Below are positions 28,007 through 41,539 of a stretch of DNA of 64,000 nucleotides, piece after piece (the first letter of the stretch is position 1; each line of letters starts with the position of its first letter). The translations under genes were made by a program, and so were the position numbers. Origin of the DNA: the human T2T-CHM13v2.0 reference genome, Homo sapiens. Below the pieces are notes generated by a model. It was given only the letters and a program-made list of their open reading frames with translations. It did not search any database and had not been told where the DNA came from. The stretch lies in the NCBI RefSeq assembly GCF_009914755.1, contig NC_060925.1. The stretch is one strand, 5' to 3'.

Positions 28007-28105
28007 AAAAAATGTTCAAAGTGATAAAAGGTCTCCAAACTTCCCATACTGACCAAAGGCATCAAGCCACAGATTCAAGAAGCACTACATTCCCCAAAGT
28101 GGCTA

Positions 28106-28474
<369 letters not shown>

Positions 28475-29864
28475 ACTTAAGAAAACAAAAGACAAAAAAA
28501 CAAAAACAAAACAAAAAAACACTTGAAAGTAGCTAGAGAAATCTTGAAAGAAGTCTTTAAAGGAACATTAAGACTTGCAGCTGATTTCTCAAGAGAAACA
28601 ATAGAAGCCAGAAGACAATGGTACATGTTAAATTTTAAAGGAAAATAACTGTCAACTTAGAATTTTATACTCAGAGAAAATATTATTTAAAATCTGTACA
28701 AAATAAAGGCATATTCAGACAAAAACACAAGTAATTTGTCATCAGCAGACCACAATAAAAGATTCTGTAACAAGTTCTTCAGGCAGAGTTAAATTATCCT
28801 GGATCTGAAAATAGCAGAAGGAAATACAAAACAATAGAACAAATAAATACATGGACAAATATAAACTACCACTGTTTATATAAAATAATATTAACAATGT
28901 CTTATGGGGTTTAAAATATATTTATTGTAAAATATATGACAATAAATTTCAAAAAGAGGGTGGTGGGTAAATGGAATTTAAAATGTTTTCAAGTATGCAC
29001 TTCATTTTGGAAAGTAAAAGTTATAATTTATATTAGACTTTAGAAAGTCAGGGATGGATCTTATAATATGTAAGGTAACCACTAAAAAATGTAGTAAAGA
29101 ATGTGTAACTAACAATAGGGGAGAAACTGGATCCCTAAAAAATCTTTATTGATATGTCCAAGAGAAATCAAGATAAGAAATTAAAAGGAAAATATAAAAA
29201 GTGAGATGAATATAAAACAAATAGTAGGATAGTAGTTTTAAGTACAAATATTTTGGTAGTTATGTTACATGTAAATGGAATAAATGCCATAATTAAAAGA
29301 CTAATACAACAGACTGGATTGAAAATCAAACCAACTATATCATGCCTATAGGAAACAGACCTTAAATATAAAGACAGAAATTTTGAAAATAAAATGATGA
29401 AAAAAATGTATAATATGCAATTATAATTCAAAGTAAGCTGGAGTACATATAGTAACACCAAACAAATTAGACATAAAGGCAAACATTACTGTAGCAAGAG
29501 GAATATTTGATAATAATAAAATGTCAATCAGGAATATGAAGCAATACTGAAGTGGTATATACTTTATAACATAACCTCAAAATATATACAACAAAATTTG
29601 ACTAAATTGAAGGGAAAGTAAAGAAATTCACAAACTTAGGATACTTGAAATTATCCAAATGTAGCTCTTGAGAATATTGAGAATCAACTATACTTTTTTT
29701 CTTGTGTATAATACTTAATGAGGTTTTTAAATGCACAGATAATGTTTTTCTCTTGAATAATTTCTTCTGAGTTAGAAGAAGTAAGAAGGTGTGTGTGCAT
29801 GTGTGAGTGTGTGTATATATGGTGTGTATATATACACATACCTGTATAAAATACATAAAAAACA

Positions 29865-30569
29865 AGAAGATATATATATATCTTCTATATATATGTATAC
29901 ATAAACATATATCTTCTATATATATGCATATATACAGTATATCTTCTATATATGCATATATACATATGTATCTTCTATATATGCATATATATACATATGT
30001 ATCTTCTATATATGCATATATCTGCATATATATCTTCTATATATCTGCATATATGTCTTCTATATATCTGCATATATATCTTCTATGTATATGCATATAT
30101 ATCTTCTACATATCTGCATATATATCTTCTATGTATATGCATATATATCTTCTATATATCTGCATATGTATCTTCTATATATCTGCATATATATCTTCTA
30201 TATATCTGCATATATATCTTCTATATATCTGCATATCTATCTTCTATATATCTGCATATCTATCTTCTATATATATGCATATCTATCTTCTATATATAAG
30301 CATATCTATCTTCTATATATGCATATCTATCTTCTATATATATGCATATGTATCTTCTATATATATGCATATATATCTTCTATATATGCATATATATCTT
30401 CTATATATATCTTCTATGTATATGCATATATATCTTCTATATATCTTCTATATGTATGCATATATATCTTCTATATATATATCTTCTATATATATGCATA
30501 TATATCTTCTATATATATCTTCTATATATATGCATATATATCTTCTATATATATCTTCTATATATATGC
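29865..30569. repeat. AT-rich minisatellite, ~31 TCTTCTA-containing units, commonly 23 bp (ATATATATCTTCTATATATCTGC)
   Basis: Units counted by eye; explains the Y/I/S/H-rich ORFs here. Confidence 0.95.
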
Positions 30570-30705
30570 CTGTACCTGAATCTCAGGCACAGAGAATTGA
30601 CTGATTTATATTCCTTAATTCACAGCACATTGTCATTATCTCTACAAGTCCTCATTCTTGTTTAAATGTATTTTACTGTTCTCCCTTTTCAAATTCTACT
30701 CCCAT

Positions 30706-31136
30706 TGTAAACATTCCAGTACTTTTTTTTGCCCTCCCCTAGCATCCTGGAACTATGATTTTCAGAATCTCTTGACAGTAAGGTTACACTTCATATTTTG
30801 CCAATGAGAAGCATTAATAAAATATTTGGAAGGCAGAATAGATGCAGATGTCATTAATTTTCCTCCATCTATGGCTTGCAGACATGAGGGTTTTGACAGA
30901 TGGGATTTTACAGCATTTTACTGCAGCAGCTGTGAATGTCAACAGTGATTTCCTGTAGTTTTGACCTGGTTGACAGAAATCTCCTAATTCTCTGAGAGGT
31001 AGAAACATCCTTCCTTGACCTTTGCTCCTCCATGAAATCCATCAATTTTTAAGTACCTAATTCCCTGTATTAAATCCTTTCTTGCTTGAAATACATTGTA
31101 TGTTGGTGTTTTCCTGGCTGAATTTCGAGTGATAAA
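30706..31136 (+). mobile_element. LTR41-like ERVL 5' LTR
   Basis: TTTGCCAATGAGAAGCA...TTGGAAGGCAGAA; 3' end TTCCCTGTATTAAATCCTTTCTTGCTTGAAATAC, followed by a PBS. Confidence 0.75.
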
Positions 31137-32820
31137 ATATTTGGTATCAGTAGTGGTTGCAGGAAATATGTCTTTATGATATAAATCTGGGATTTGTTAT
31201 TTGACCTGCCTGTGTTTGAAAGCAGTGATGACATAATTGCTAGTGACATGGATATTAATAATCCATGGCATGCAATAGCAAAAGCATTACTTAAGTGATC
31301 ACCTGTTGTCTACAACAAATTTTGTATTGAAGACAAGGTTTTGGGTGAAAAAGCGGCCATTGCAGTGAACTTTAATTGTGGGAATAATGACTACTGGGAC
31401 TGTGGTGTGTGGCAATGGTTTATGACTACTATAGGAGTTTAAAGGATCTGTGATTAAAGAACTGTGATTAAAGCACAGTCAGGGAGCCAGAGAACTTGTA
31501 TGACTGAGCTAAAAGAATCTCTTAGATATTGTAGTTGCAGGACCAATGTATAAAAAGGTCAGACCCACAATTTAATCCTGCAGATTATAGAATTATATTG
31601 CAGGTTGAATTTAAAGCTTTGTCCTGTCATATGTGAAAATTATAGCACTGCTTCACAAAGAGTAAGACCATAAAAATTTAACTAAGACATGTGAGAAGGG
31701 GTTGAATCTGAGTACCTTAAACCTCCACATCTAACTGGTACTCTCTTGCCAGCAGAAGAAGCTCCTCCTTCCCTGTCTAAGGAGGGTGGCCTTTTCTTGC
31801 CTGAAGAGTCTACGATAAGCTCACCTACAGCAGTTCTTTTATAAGTAGATTCTAATTTTTCCCAAGACCTGCTTCTCAAGACCATTCTTTATTACCTACA
31901 GACCTGTATCCAAAGTCAAAGACCAGCATATTCCAGGGGGACAAGTACAAACTCTGTTTAGGGAAGAGATAGCTCACACTCTCTAATTTCCCCATTATAA
32001 GAGAGATACAAACAACCTACTAATAGCAGAAGCCAAGTCTAAACCTGATAAAACATCATTTCTCAGACAGACACCTGTTGGCAGATAGATTGATTATATT
32101 GAACCACTTACATCAAGAACAATGCAGTATTTTGTTTTTACTGAAAGAGATAATTATTCTAGAAATGAATTTGCTTTTTCTGCTTACAGAGCTTTTGTCA
32201 GCTTCAGCATATGCGGACTTAGTGAATGCTTTGTTCACATGTGGCATTCCACACAATATTGTTTCTGACCACACAATATTGTTTCTGACCACAGAACTAA
32301 TTTTACAATGAAAAAATGTGGTAATTCTTCCATACCTACATGATTCACTGGTCTTATTTTGTATTTCATCTCATAGAAGCATCTGGTTTTGTAGAATGGT
32401 AACATGGCTTAGTGAAGACTCGATTATTGTGATAGCAAGAAGGGCAAAGTTTGTGTGGGTGGAGAGATGTCCTACAAAATCCATTATATGCTTTGAACTG
32501 GTGACCAAATCTGTGATGCATTTTATTCCGCAGCTAGAATACACTTATCTAGGAGCTAAGAGGGAAAGAAGAGGTGATAGGGTTTTGCATCATTTTTTTT
32601 CTAATAACCATTATTCCTCATGAAGGACTTGCAAAAATTTGCATCACACGCCCACATCTTTAGGCCCTGTTGATTTAGCAATTTTAGTTTCTAAGTGTGA
32701 AAAGCTTGCTTTAGAGGACACTGCAAGGACATGGAAGTTCATTTTGTTCTTCTCCTGTCACTGAGGTAAAGAAGGGGTTTCGCTACACTGCCTAAGGTGA
32801 TTGATCCTCTAGTAGGGTTG
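31137..32820 (+). mobile_element. ERVL(-E-like) internal relic: gag and integrase remnants, internally deleted, no 3' LTR seen
   Basis: ~32080-32420 matches, with frameshifts, ERVL integrase motifs (DYIEPL, GIPHNIVSD, IHWSY..SH.EASGFVEW). Confidence 0.8.
31142..31156 (+). promoter_or_regulatory. Degenerate tRNA-Leu primer binding site
   Basis: TGGTATCAGTAGTGG just after the LTR, close to TGGTACCAGGAGTGG. Confidence 0.65.
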
Positions 32821-33614
32821 CTGGTTTAAAATGAGGTTGAGAAAACATATATGTGCTCATCATCAGCAGGATCCAGCCTGGACCCCTGATTCCTGACTGC
32901 CAGCTATGGCCCTTTTTGGTATACCTATGGCCTGTCTTTGGGAGTGGGGTGAGATTAGTTGGCAACTGGTCGAAGAATAGGAGGGGGACGAGAGTGTGGG
33001 TTGTGGGAGGTGAATAATATGTAGAGGCCTGGTGGGGAGACGGTGGACCTCTAAATAGAAACACTGCCTCTTTCACATATTTCAGCTGTAGTAATTCATT
33101 TTTGGCTTCACATTTTTTCTTTATGTGTCTGTTTTGTGGCAGCTGGGGCCCCTGCAGCCTTTGATGGCTAATAACACAGTCCAGAGGTATGCAGTAAGTA
33201 ATAGCAGACCGAGAGAGAACCTCCAGTGGGGAGCAGACAAGTACAAGATCACCCTTGACTCCCACCTGCTGAGGGTCCACCTGAGAATTGTAGCAGGCAG
33301 TTTCTGTGTTCTTGGGAAGAAGGTCTGTCCTTTCCAGGGGCGTGAATTCCACAGGAAGTTCTGGAAAACAGAGAAAGACTGAAGGAAGGGCAGTTTTGTA
33401 GAAATGACTGTTCTATGGGAGGAAGACACTGGGCTGAAGAGAAAAGGGGAGGTAGATGGGAAGCCATGTTCTTAAGAGCCTTGTAGACTAGGCCATGGGG
33501 TGAGTGGTGTAACAGTGTTAGGAAGGGTGGCCTGACGGACCCTCCCTGGAATCTCTGGGAGGTTAGGGGTTGATGGTGACGATGTTAGCAATGATATCAC
33601 CATCACCACTGCCA

Positions 33615-33815
33615 TCTCCATTGCTTATTGAGAATTCATATAGACCAGCTACTGTGATCAATGTTTTTATGTTCATGATCACATTTAATGCTTACATGGT
33701 TAAATGAATTGCCTAAAGTCACTAAACAGTGACAAAATCGCAGGTAAGGAAACATCTGGAACTCGAAATCATTTCTGACTGAGTCCACAACCCACATTTT
33801 GAACCACTATCATAT
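33615..33815 (-). mobile_element. MIR
   Basis: TTATTGAGAATTCATATAGACCAGCTACTGTG...GGTTAAATGAATTGCCTAAAGTCAC...TTGAACCACTAT. Confidence 0.65.
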
Positions 33816-34069
33816 AGAATTAATGTTTATTCTTTTTCTCTTCTTGATTGACCCTGACTTCCAAACAACAAGGTCTTGCTTTCTATCTGTAAAGCTCAGA
33901 CCAAGCCCATCTTTCTGTGACCACCACATGTTAGCCTGTGATGTGGGCATTCCTCCCTTCTGGGAGTCCTGTACCAATCATTGTCCGTTTCAGTTATTTG
34001 GGGCACTCAGATGCTACATAGTATTACCCTTTAAAAAAAAGATAATGGAAAGGCAGAGTCAGAGAAAAA

Positions 34070-34270
34070 AGAGAGCAAGGAACCTGGAGTCCCAAGGACT
34101 GAATTTGGTTTCCAATTTAGACCCCTACTATTTTTAAAAACTCTGGCCTCCATTTCCACATGTATAAATCAGACATAACAGAAAAACCTACCTCATAGGG
34201 TTGCTATGAAATGAATGAGGAGGTTGTAGGGACAACCTTTTAAAACTAAAGAATGAGATACAGACACTGT
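34070..34270 (+). mobile_element. MIR
   Basis: GCCTCCATTTCCACATGTATAAATC...ACCTACCTCATAGGGTTGCTATGA. Confidence 0.7.
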
Positions 34271-35764
34271 TTGGTTATATATTGATGTTGGTTAAGCTAA
34301 AATGATGTATACCCTAAACCAAGTTTCATCCTCAGTCTTGGTTAGCTCCCACCCCCACTTCATGCCCTTCCATGCTTTCTGGATAACTATATTATAGTAT
34401 CCCATACTATATTGTAACATGAATTGTGTAAACACAACTCATGTGTCATGTTTTTGCATCTCTGCCACCTAATGGTAATTGTCATGTGAATGAATATTTG
34501 TACATAAGAGAAACGTTTTGACTTTCTGAATGGTACAATAGGGCTAGCATAGCAGGGAGGGGGGACTTTCTAAACTTAGAATAGAAGAAAAAAGGGTTTT
34601 TTTTTTTTTTTTCTATTCTGGATGCTCTTTTACCAACTTACAGGCCAGGAACTGGAATAAGTCACCTAAGTTCCATTCCTGCTCTAGAATTTTATGAGGC
34701 CATGAAGTGTGTTGAGTAGCAAAACAGCTTAAAATATAAGAAATTCAACCCAAGTTATAAAATAGTCCCATTTGTATTTTACCAAAAGCTGGAACTATTT
34801 GTCCCTAGTTACTCATGTTTTATGTATTTTAAAAGATAAAACAGGGACAAAAACAAGTAGCAGCATCTGCTCTGCACATTTTTCTCTCTCTGACGTCCTC
34901 AGGATATTTTCTTCTCTGTTTTTTTTTTTTTTTTTTTTCAGATTACATACATCTGAGAATTAAAGGATAAATGCTTCATTTACTGCTAAATAGCTTTCTG
35001 GCCTGCCTGTGAATAAAGAGAGGTGGAAAAAATGAGAGAACAGGACCCTCAGCTTGTAGCCCTTGTGTTTCTGGTGGGGAACATGCAGAGAGCCAGCAGG
35101 CATGGGGACTAAGCTTCTTCCAAGCTAGACTTGTTGCATTCCAGCAACTTAGACACAATCACACCCACAGAAAACCGCCACAGTCCATGACTTGCTGTGT
35201 GTGCGTGTGTGTGTTAAAATGGGAGACTCATTCTTGAGCAATCTGAGAAGATGACTCAGGACAATAAGACACTGAACTAAGTGGCAGGACCATTTGGCTC
35301 AAAGAAACTAGAAAAGGGATCACTGAACAGGCTTAGAGAAACCAAGAGATTTGAAATGGCAGCTCCTTTTGATGAAACGTCCCACTGGCATGTTCAGGGT
35401 GTCATTGATTGGGGTGCTATTCCAGGCCTTTGATTATGTTCAGACCTTATCTGTGGTTTTTTTTTTTTTTTTTTTTTTTTGGTGATAAAGTCAATGTAAA
35501 ATTTCTTCTGCCCCTGCTAGGTAGGGGTTATCATTGAGGGTCTACCAGGGTGAGTAGGAAAGCAGACAAGACCCTGCTCAGGATTCTGACCTGTGAGACT
35601 GTCTTTGGAGTGTGTTTTTGTCTATTTCACTCTGGCACCTCCCAACATGCTTCATGCTTTCCACTCTTAAAGCCTTTGTTTTGCTATTCCCAACTGGAAT
35701 AATCTTCACAGTATTTCTATTAAGGCATACTCATTTGTTGGTATGAAACTAAAATACTATTCTT

Positions 35765-36127
35765 TCTTTGTCAGTTCAGGCTGCTAAAACAAAGTACATA
35801 GACTGGGTGGCTGATAAACAACACACATATATTTCTCTTGGTTCTGGAGGCTGGAAAGTCTGAAATCAAGGTGCCAGCATGGTCGTGTGCTGACGAGGAT
35901 CCTTTTCTAGTTGCAGATGGTAGACTTCTTAGTGTCCTCACTTGGTGGAAAGAGGGTGAGAGAGCTGCTGGGTTTACTTTCACAAGGGCACTGGTCTCAT
36001 GCTTGAGGGCCCCACCTTCGTGACCTAATTATCTCCCAAAGGATCCACCTCCTAATCACATTTTATTGGGGGTTAAGATTTTGACATATAAATTTTATGG
36101 GGACATAAATATTCAGGCCATTGTACA
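35765..36127 (-). mobile_element. MLT1A0/MSTD-like MaLR LTR
   Basis: TAGACTGGGTGGCTGATAAACAAC...GGTTCTGGAGGCTGGAAAGTC...TGACCTAATTATCTCCCAAAGG. Confidence 0.85.
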
Positions 36128-36329
36128 CTTCCTCTGGAAGCTTTGCTGGAGCTCTCAGGCTGGAAGCTTTCTCTCCTCTGACCTTGCCCAGTACCTACAA
36201 TCTCTATGATCCACTTGGCCTCACACATCTATGGCCTGGTGCCATTGGCATTTGTTTGCCAGATTTTCCTCTCCTCTTTGGTTCTAAGCCTTGGAGGGTA
36301 GTGTCTTGGGGTACCCTAAGGGTAGTCCT

Positions 36330-37290
36330 GGAGGGTAGGCATCTTATTCTTAACTCTTGACTGAATCTCACCTCAGTTTTATTCTTTATCATCTATCAGG
36401 TAGACTAACAGTAGTTTCTGCTAAAGTTTGAATGTATCCCCAAAGTTCATGTGTTAGAAACTCAATCCTCAATCCAACGGTGGAACTGTTGACTGAGAGG
36501 TGGGACTTTTAACAGATCATTAGGTCATAAGTGTTCTGCCCTCGTGAATGCCACTGTCATAGGAATGGGTTCCTGATATTTGTATTCCTGAAATATTGTA
36601 TTTCTGAAATAGGGCAGGATGAGTTCTGCCCTATTTCCTCTCTTTCTTATGCACTCTTGTGCCCTTCTGCCTTTTGCTGTGGGATGATGCAGCAAGAAGA
36701 CCTTCATCAGACTCGACCTCTTGATCTTGGACTTTGCAGACTCCAGAATGGTGAGCCAAATAAATTTCTGTTCATTATAAACAACCCAGTCTGTGGCATT
36801 GTGTGACAGCAGCACAAAATGGACTAAGACAATTTCCTAACTGGCTGTGTCTACCTCCAGTCTCCATGCCTGATCAATCCATGCACTGCACTGCCCCAAA
36901 TAATTTTTCTATGATGCAGGTCTGATAATGACTTTCCCTTGTAAAGTACGTCAGTGGATTTTTGTTTAATTTTGGTAAAATTGTGACATATAAATCTCTC
37001 CTCAATTTGGCTTCTTCTAGCCTGTCTGGTCCCACTTCAATCCCTTCCTATCATCTAACTTTGCTGAATGACTTACTTTTTTCTGGGACATTCCATAATT
37101 TTTCTAATACCTTCGATTCAATCTCCCTGCCTGGAATGTCTTTCCCAGACTTGATTACCAGGAGAACTCCTATGACATATTTGAAGATTTTATTCAAATA
37201 TTACTTCCTTGGGGAAGTCTTTTTCCTCTTAGCAAAGTTAATAATTGGCTTTGTACAGTATCATTTTATAAAACACATAGTATATGAAGA
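36330..37290 (+). mobile_element. L2 relic (split by the MST LTR)
   Basis: CCTAACTGGCTGTGTCTACCTCCAGTCTC...CCCTGCCTGGAATGTCTTTCCC...TTACTTCCTTGGGGAAGTC. Confidence 0.65.
36419..36831 (+). mobile_element. MSTC/MSTB-like MaLR solo LTR inserted in L2
   Basis: TGCTAAAGTTTGAATGTATCCCCAAAGTTCATGTG...GGACTAAGACA; 5-bp TSD GTTTC/ATTTC. Confidence 0.85.
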
Positions 37291-38899
37291 TTACATGACA
37301 GGATACACATAAAGAGCTTAATGTAGCATCGGCACAAAGGTTGTCTATAAATACTGGCTATTATTATTTTCTCTTCTTTTTTTTTTTTAAGAATTATACT
37401 AGCAGGCGAAGAGAGAAAAGGTACCACTTAAATAAGGGAAGCATACTTTTGAGTGTGGATGAATCCAGAAAAGAAACTTCTGTCTTATTAACACACATAT
37501 GTCAATATCTAGCAACAGAGAAAATAATCCCATCACAGAATAAAAGGTGGTCAGTTTCCCTTTTGCTATTTTGTCCTCAACTTGAAAGCAGAGGCACTGA
37601 GTCCCAGATGTGTTATATAAGGGAGTTCTATGCTTAACCAGAAGCTCATTTTGAAAGTCCAGTCTTAATCAGTTCCACCTGCCTGAAATATCTTCATCTT
37701 CTTGGTCTATCTAGTGTCACCCTATCCAGGTGACACTATATGCGCTTTAATAAAATATCTCCCAATTATTCCAGCCTATTGGACTTTTTTTTTGGTAATA
37801 CTCTTGCTATTTTTTAGGTGTGTGTTGTGGGCCAGGGCTAGGGCAAGGGGCAGGGAGAAAGGGAGAGAAGTTGTTTTCTGAAGAGGACTATTATGGTATA
37901 TTCCAGGCTGGCAGCTTTTTCTGGACCAAATATCTACCTTCCTTGCTGAGGAAAGCAGATCTAGACTTCTCCTTAAGCAGGGGCACTGCATGCCAAGTGG
38001 CCCTCTGGTTCTGGTTGATTGGAATATCAGTAGCCAGGATGGACAGTTCAAAAGCAGAGACCTCAGAGAGAGCCAGTGAGAGGAACTCTGCCCACAAATG
38101 GGTCCTGGCAATGACGAAGACCAGTCTAATTTTCCTTCTTGGGAGTTTATTGTGAGGAGCAGAGCCAGCCAGATGATCATATGATGAGAGACAAGACTGA
38201 GCACAGGTGTCAGACTGATCGCCCCTCACTAAGTAACAAAGCCACCAAGCTCCAGAGCTAAAGAACATCTGACAATCCTGTCTGTCCGGAGAGTCCCTTG
38301 CATAAGACAGACTTTCCAGTTTACTTTTGGTAAGACCAGGTTCCTCAGTTCCAGTGGGATTTCTCCCTCCTCTTATTACTAGCTCTATAATACCCAACCT
38401 CTGCCCCATTTTTTAAGGTAGGGAAGCCATTAAATGATTCAGATGTCAAATTGCTACTGAGCAGGAATGTCTGCCTTTCTGCACCTTGGCAGAGCTGAGC
38501 ATGTAGTATATTCCAGTAAGGGGTGGTTGATTAATTGATTGAGTTTAACAAGATATCAGAGTCTTGATTCTTCTTCCTGTGTCTCCCATGGAAAATGTAA
38601 CCTAGACCTGGGCATATAATAGGTGCAGCACATGTACAGAATGCTTGTCGCCTAAAGGACTGGCTCTGATTATCCACTTTCATTTCTTAGCACATGCTAC
38701 TCTAGATTGGTTGAAGGAATATAGGAAATTCAATGAGCTCTTCTGGTCCCAATTTATGTCTTTAAAATAATATTGATAACACCAAGGCCTTGTCAACCTT
38801 GACAGGTGAGATTAGAATCAAGCTTTTAAAGGCTCCCCTCTCCCCTGCAAGTAGGGTCAGTTTAGCAGTAAAAAAGAAGTTTCATGTTATTTTACTAAT

Positions 38900-39003
38900 T
38901 TGAGCCTCATAGGAACCCTGAAAAATACTCTTTGTAATTATTCTCATTTTTGAGATGAGGAAACTGAGGCTCAGAAAAATTAAGGAATGTGGTCAAAGTA
39001 TCA

Positions 39004-39061
<58 letters not shown>

Positions 39062-39125
39062 GAGTAAATAAATGGCAAAGGTGAGATTTGGAATCTAATC
39101 TTAATACCAGAGCTACTCTTTTAGG
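38900..39125 (-). mobile_element. MIR containing a (CA)n expansion
   Basis: CTCATTTTTGAGATGAGGAAACTGAGGCTCAGA core. Confidence 0.8.
39006..39051. repeat. (CA)23 microsatellite
   Basis: Uninterrupted CA run. Confidence 0.95.
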
Positions 39126-40589
39126 TTTCTGGAAAACTGAAAAGTCAGAAAGAGCAAAAATGTGGTTCTCCTCAGAGGGAAGGAAAGATAAATTTGAGGC
39201 TTCCATTCTTCTGTGGATTGAATGCCTCCTGGGCTGAGGAGATAGCAGTAGAATAGTTTGGTACCCCATTGTGGCAATAGTCTGAATTGACGTTCACAAA
39301 TTACTTGAAGGCCAGATACTGGACTTCATCATAAAATGCAAAGCATTATAACTTGAGCCTCTTTACTTCTCAGCACATCAATTAAGGGTAAGAAATAGGG
39401 TAAGTCAGCACCCTATTAGAAACTTCTCAGAAGTTCCAATAAATAGCAAATGAAAAAACCAACCAACCATCCAAATTACTCCCCAAATTGTCCAACTAGA
39501 ATTGAAGTTCTAAAAGAGTTCTAGGGGCATCACTTTCTTGGAACATTACAGGTTTTCCAGCATTGCAAGGTAATTCAAAGTAGATCATAGAGGAAAATTA
39601 ACAAGACCCATTTCAATTTTAGAGAGACCAGACCATGAGGCAGGAAAGTATTAGCATCAGGGGCCCTTGAAACCAGGTTCTTTGTTGAAGGGGTTGGGGG
39701 GAAGGTCACCAAAACATGGCTGCACTTTTCTCCACCTTGACTATGTTACTAGGGGAGCTAGAAAATAATGAGATGGCTTGGGAATATCCAAAGAACGGTA
39801 GCAGAACTTGTGGGTTCTAGAAGTGAATGGGCCTGTCTGCCTGAGGTTTGCTTGGCTCTTGCTGTAGCTGCAGCAGCAGCTCATTCACCGGAACAGAAGG
39901 TTGCTGACTGTTTCTCCTTTTGTCCAGAATTGGGTGAACTTTGACTCAATCAACAGTGGTTGGCAAGTATGAGCAATGCTTTCATGAAGATGTCTGACTT
40001 AACTAAAATTAGTGCAATGTAATCATGACTTCATGTTGCCCAATATAATCTGTCTTGTGAAGAGAGGGGGTGATGTTTTTCAAATAGTTTTTAGCAGCAT
40101 CATCAAAAAGAACTTGTAATCATCTCTCAATCATCCCTCCTGAGAGAGAACAGCAGAGTCTGGATGACACACAAGCCCCAAATCCCTTACATTTGTTTTT
40201 GATTAATGTTTGCATTTCATTGGAATGCAGGTGTTCCTAATGTTCTGGGAATTCAGATCATTTCAAACTCAACTGGAGTTTGAAGGCACAAACAAGACTG
40301 GAATCATCTCTAGTGGCCAGGGAAGGTTGAATAGTTCCCTCCAGAGTGAGTGGGTGTGGAATCCTTCCCAGCTGTTCTGACTGAGGCAAAGACAGCACAT
40401 TACCTGACATGGCCATATGAAGCACCACCCATACACAGAATGGTTTGCACCTCTTCTTTTGAAAAGAATGGCTAAATGTCTGCTTTAATGACCCTGTACC
40501 AGACTATAGGGAGACTAAAGCATAAAGATGTGGCGAATTTTTTTATGGTAATGTCGAGGAAGCCTAACAAATTTTTAGTTAGATAACTT

Positions 40590-40770
40590 TGGTTTTGAAT
40601 GACATCTCAGACACTTCTTAGCTACGTAATCTCGGAGAGATTTTGGAAGGTCTTTGAGTCAGTTTCCACATGCGTAAAAAATGTATAATGGTGCTTCCTT
40701 TGGTTATTATGCACAATAAAGGAGATATTGTAGTAGGTACTCTATATGTGGTTATCATGCTATTACTAAG
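40590..40770 (+). mobile_element. MIR
   Basis: CACTTCTTAGCTACGTAATCTCGG...TCAGTTTCCACATGCGTAAAA. Confidence 0.6.
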
Positions 40771-41539
40771 AAGTGCTTGAACCTGGCTTACTTTATTTTG
40801 TTAATAGGAAGTTGGAACTAAGATAGGATATAAACTAGCCTATGAATATTTGAGCACAAACGTGAAAACTTACATCATTATCCTGGAGAAACAGATTATC
40901 CTCTACTAAGGAGGTCTAGAAAAAACAGTATACAACTCTTAACGTTTGAGTTAAGCTGACATTCATATCTGAAATTGTCATCCACCAAAGTGCAAAGCAG
41001 CAAGTGGGAGCTGAAAATATTTTACTCAATTATATGTTTTAACGTATTCTTTGAAGGGGTAATGGAGGATGGTGGACCCACATGTAGTGAGCAATCATTC
41101 TTAAGGTACAGTGTATTCAGTGGATGAGTCCCTTTGGATAGGAAGTTCAGTTGATAAGCTCCGTTGGTCCTTGATAGTCCTCAGCTTTTAAGTCTAATGA
41201 GTCTCTACATAACCAAGTGGATGTATCATATTTTTCTATCACCTGGTAGTCATTTGGTGAAGACTTTGGAGGGATGTAAATAGAACAGCTTGATCTTGGA
41301 AACCCAGGAAGAGCCCAGCATCCTGGGGATTTGTCCCAGCATGCTTCATGGGAGATATTACACATGAAGCCCAAACCACCTTCCATCACAGGCTAAAATA
41401 GAGATCTGCTTAGTTTTATGTCTGAGACCTAGATTCAATGTTATAGTCCATCTATGTGGTCCACCTTCTCCCTGCCAAAAGGGTAGTTTTTGCCTCTTTG
41501 TATGCTCTGGTGTCTTTCCAATCAAATCAGCAGTCTTAT

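Noticed and set aside
29602-30665. Long ORFs up to 265 aa
   Set aside because: They are translations of a stop-poor AT-rich minisatellite and give low-complexity Y/I/S/H/C peptides.
32792-33467. 186-aa minus-strand ORF next to the ERVL relic
   Set aside because: No retroviral or host motifs recognised, and it is antisense to the provirus.
37712-37740. AGGTGACACTATA resembling the SP6 promoter, within a 10-bp-arm hairpin
   Set aside because: Only a partial match, with no flanking vector sequence; compatible with chance.
37776-38409. Overlapping 111-172 aa ORFs in unique sequence
   Set aside because: No recognisable domain; several frames on both strands are open, as expected by chance.
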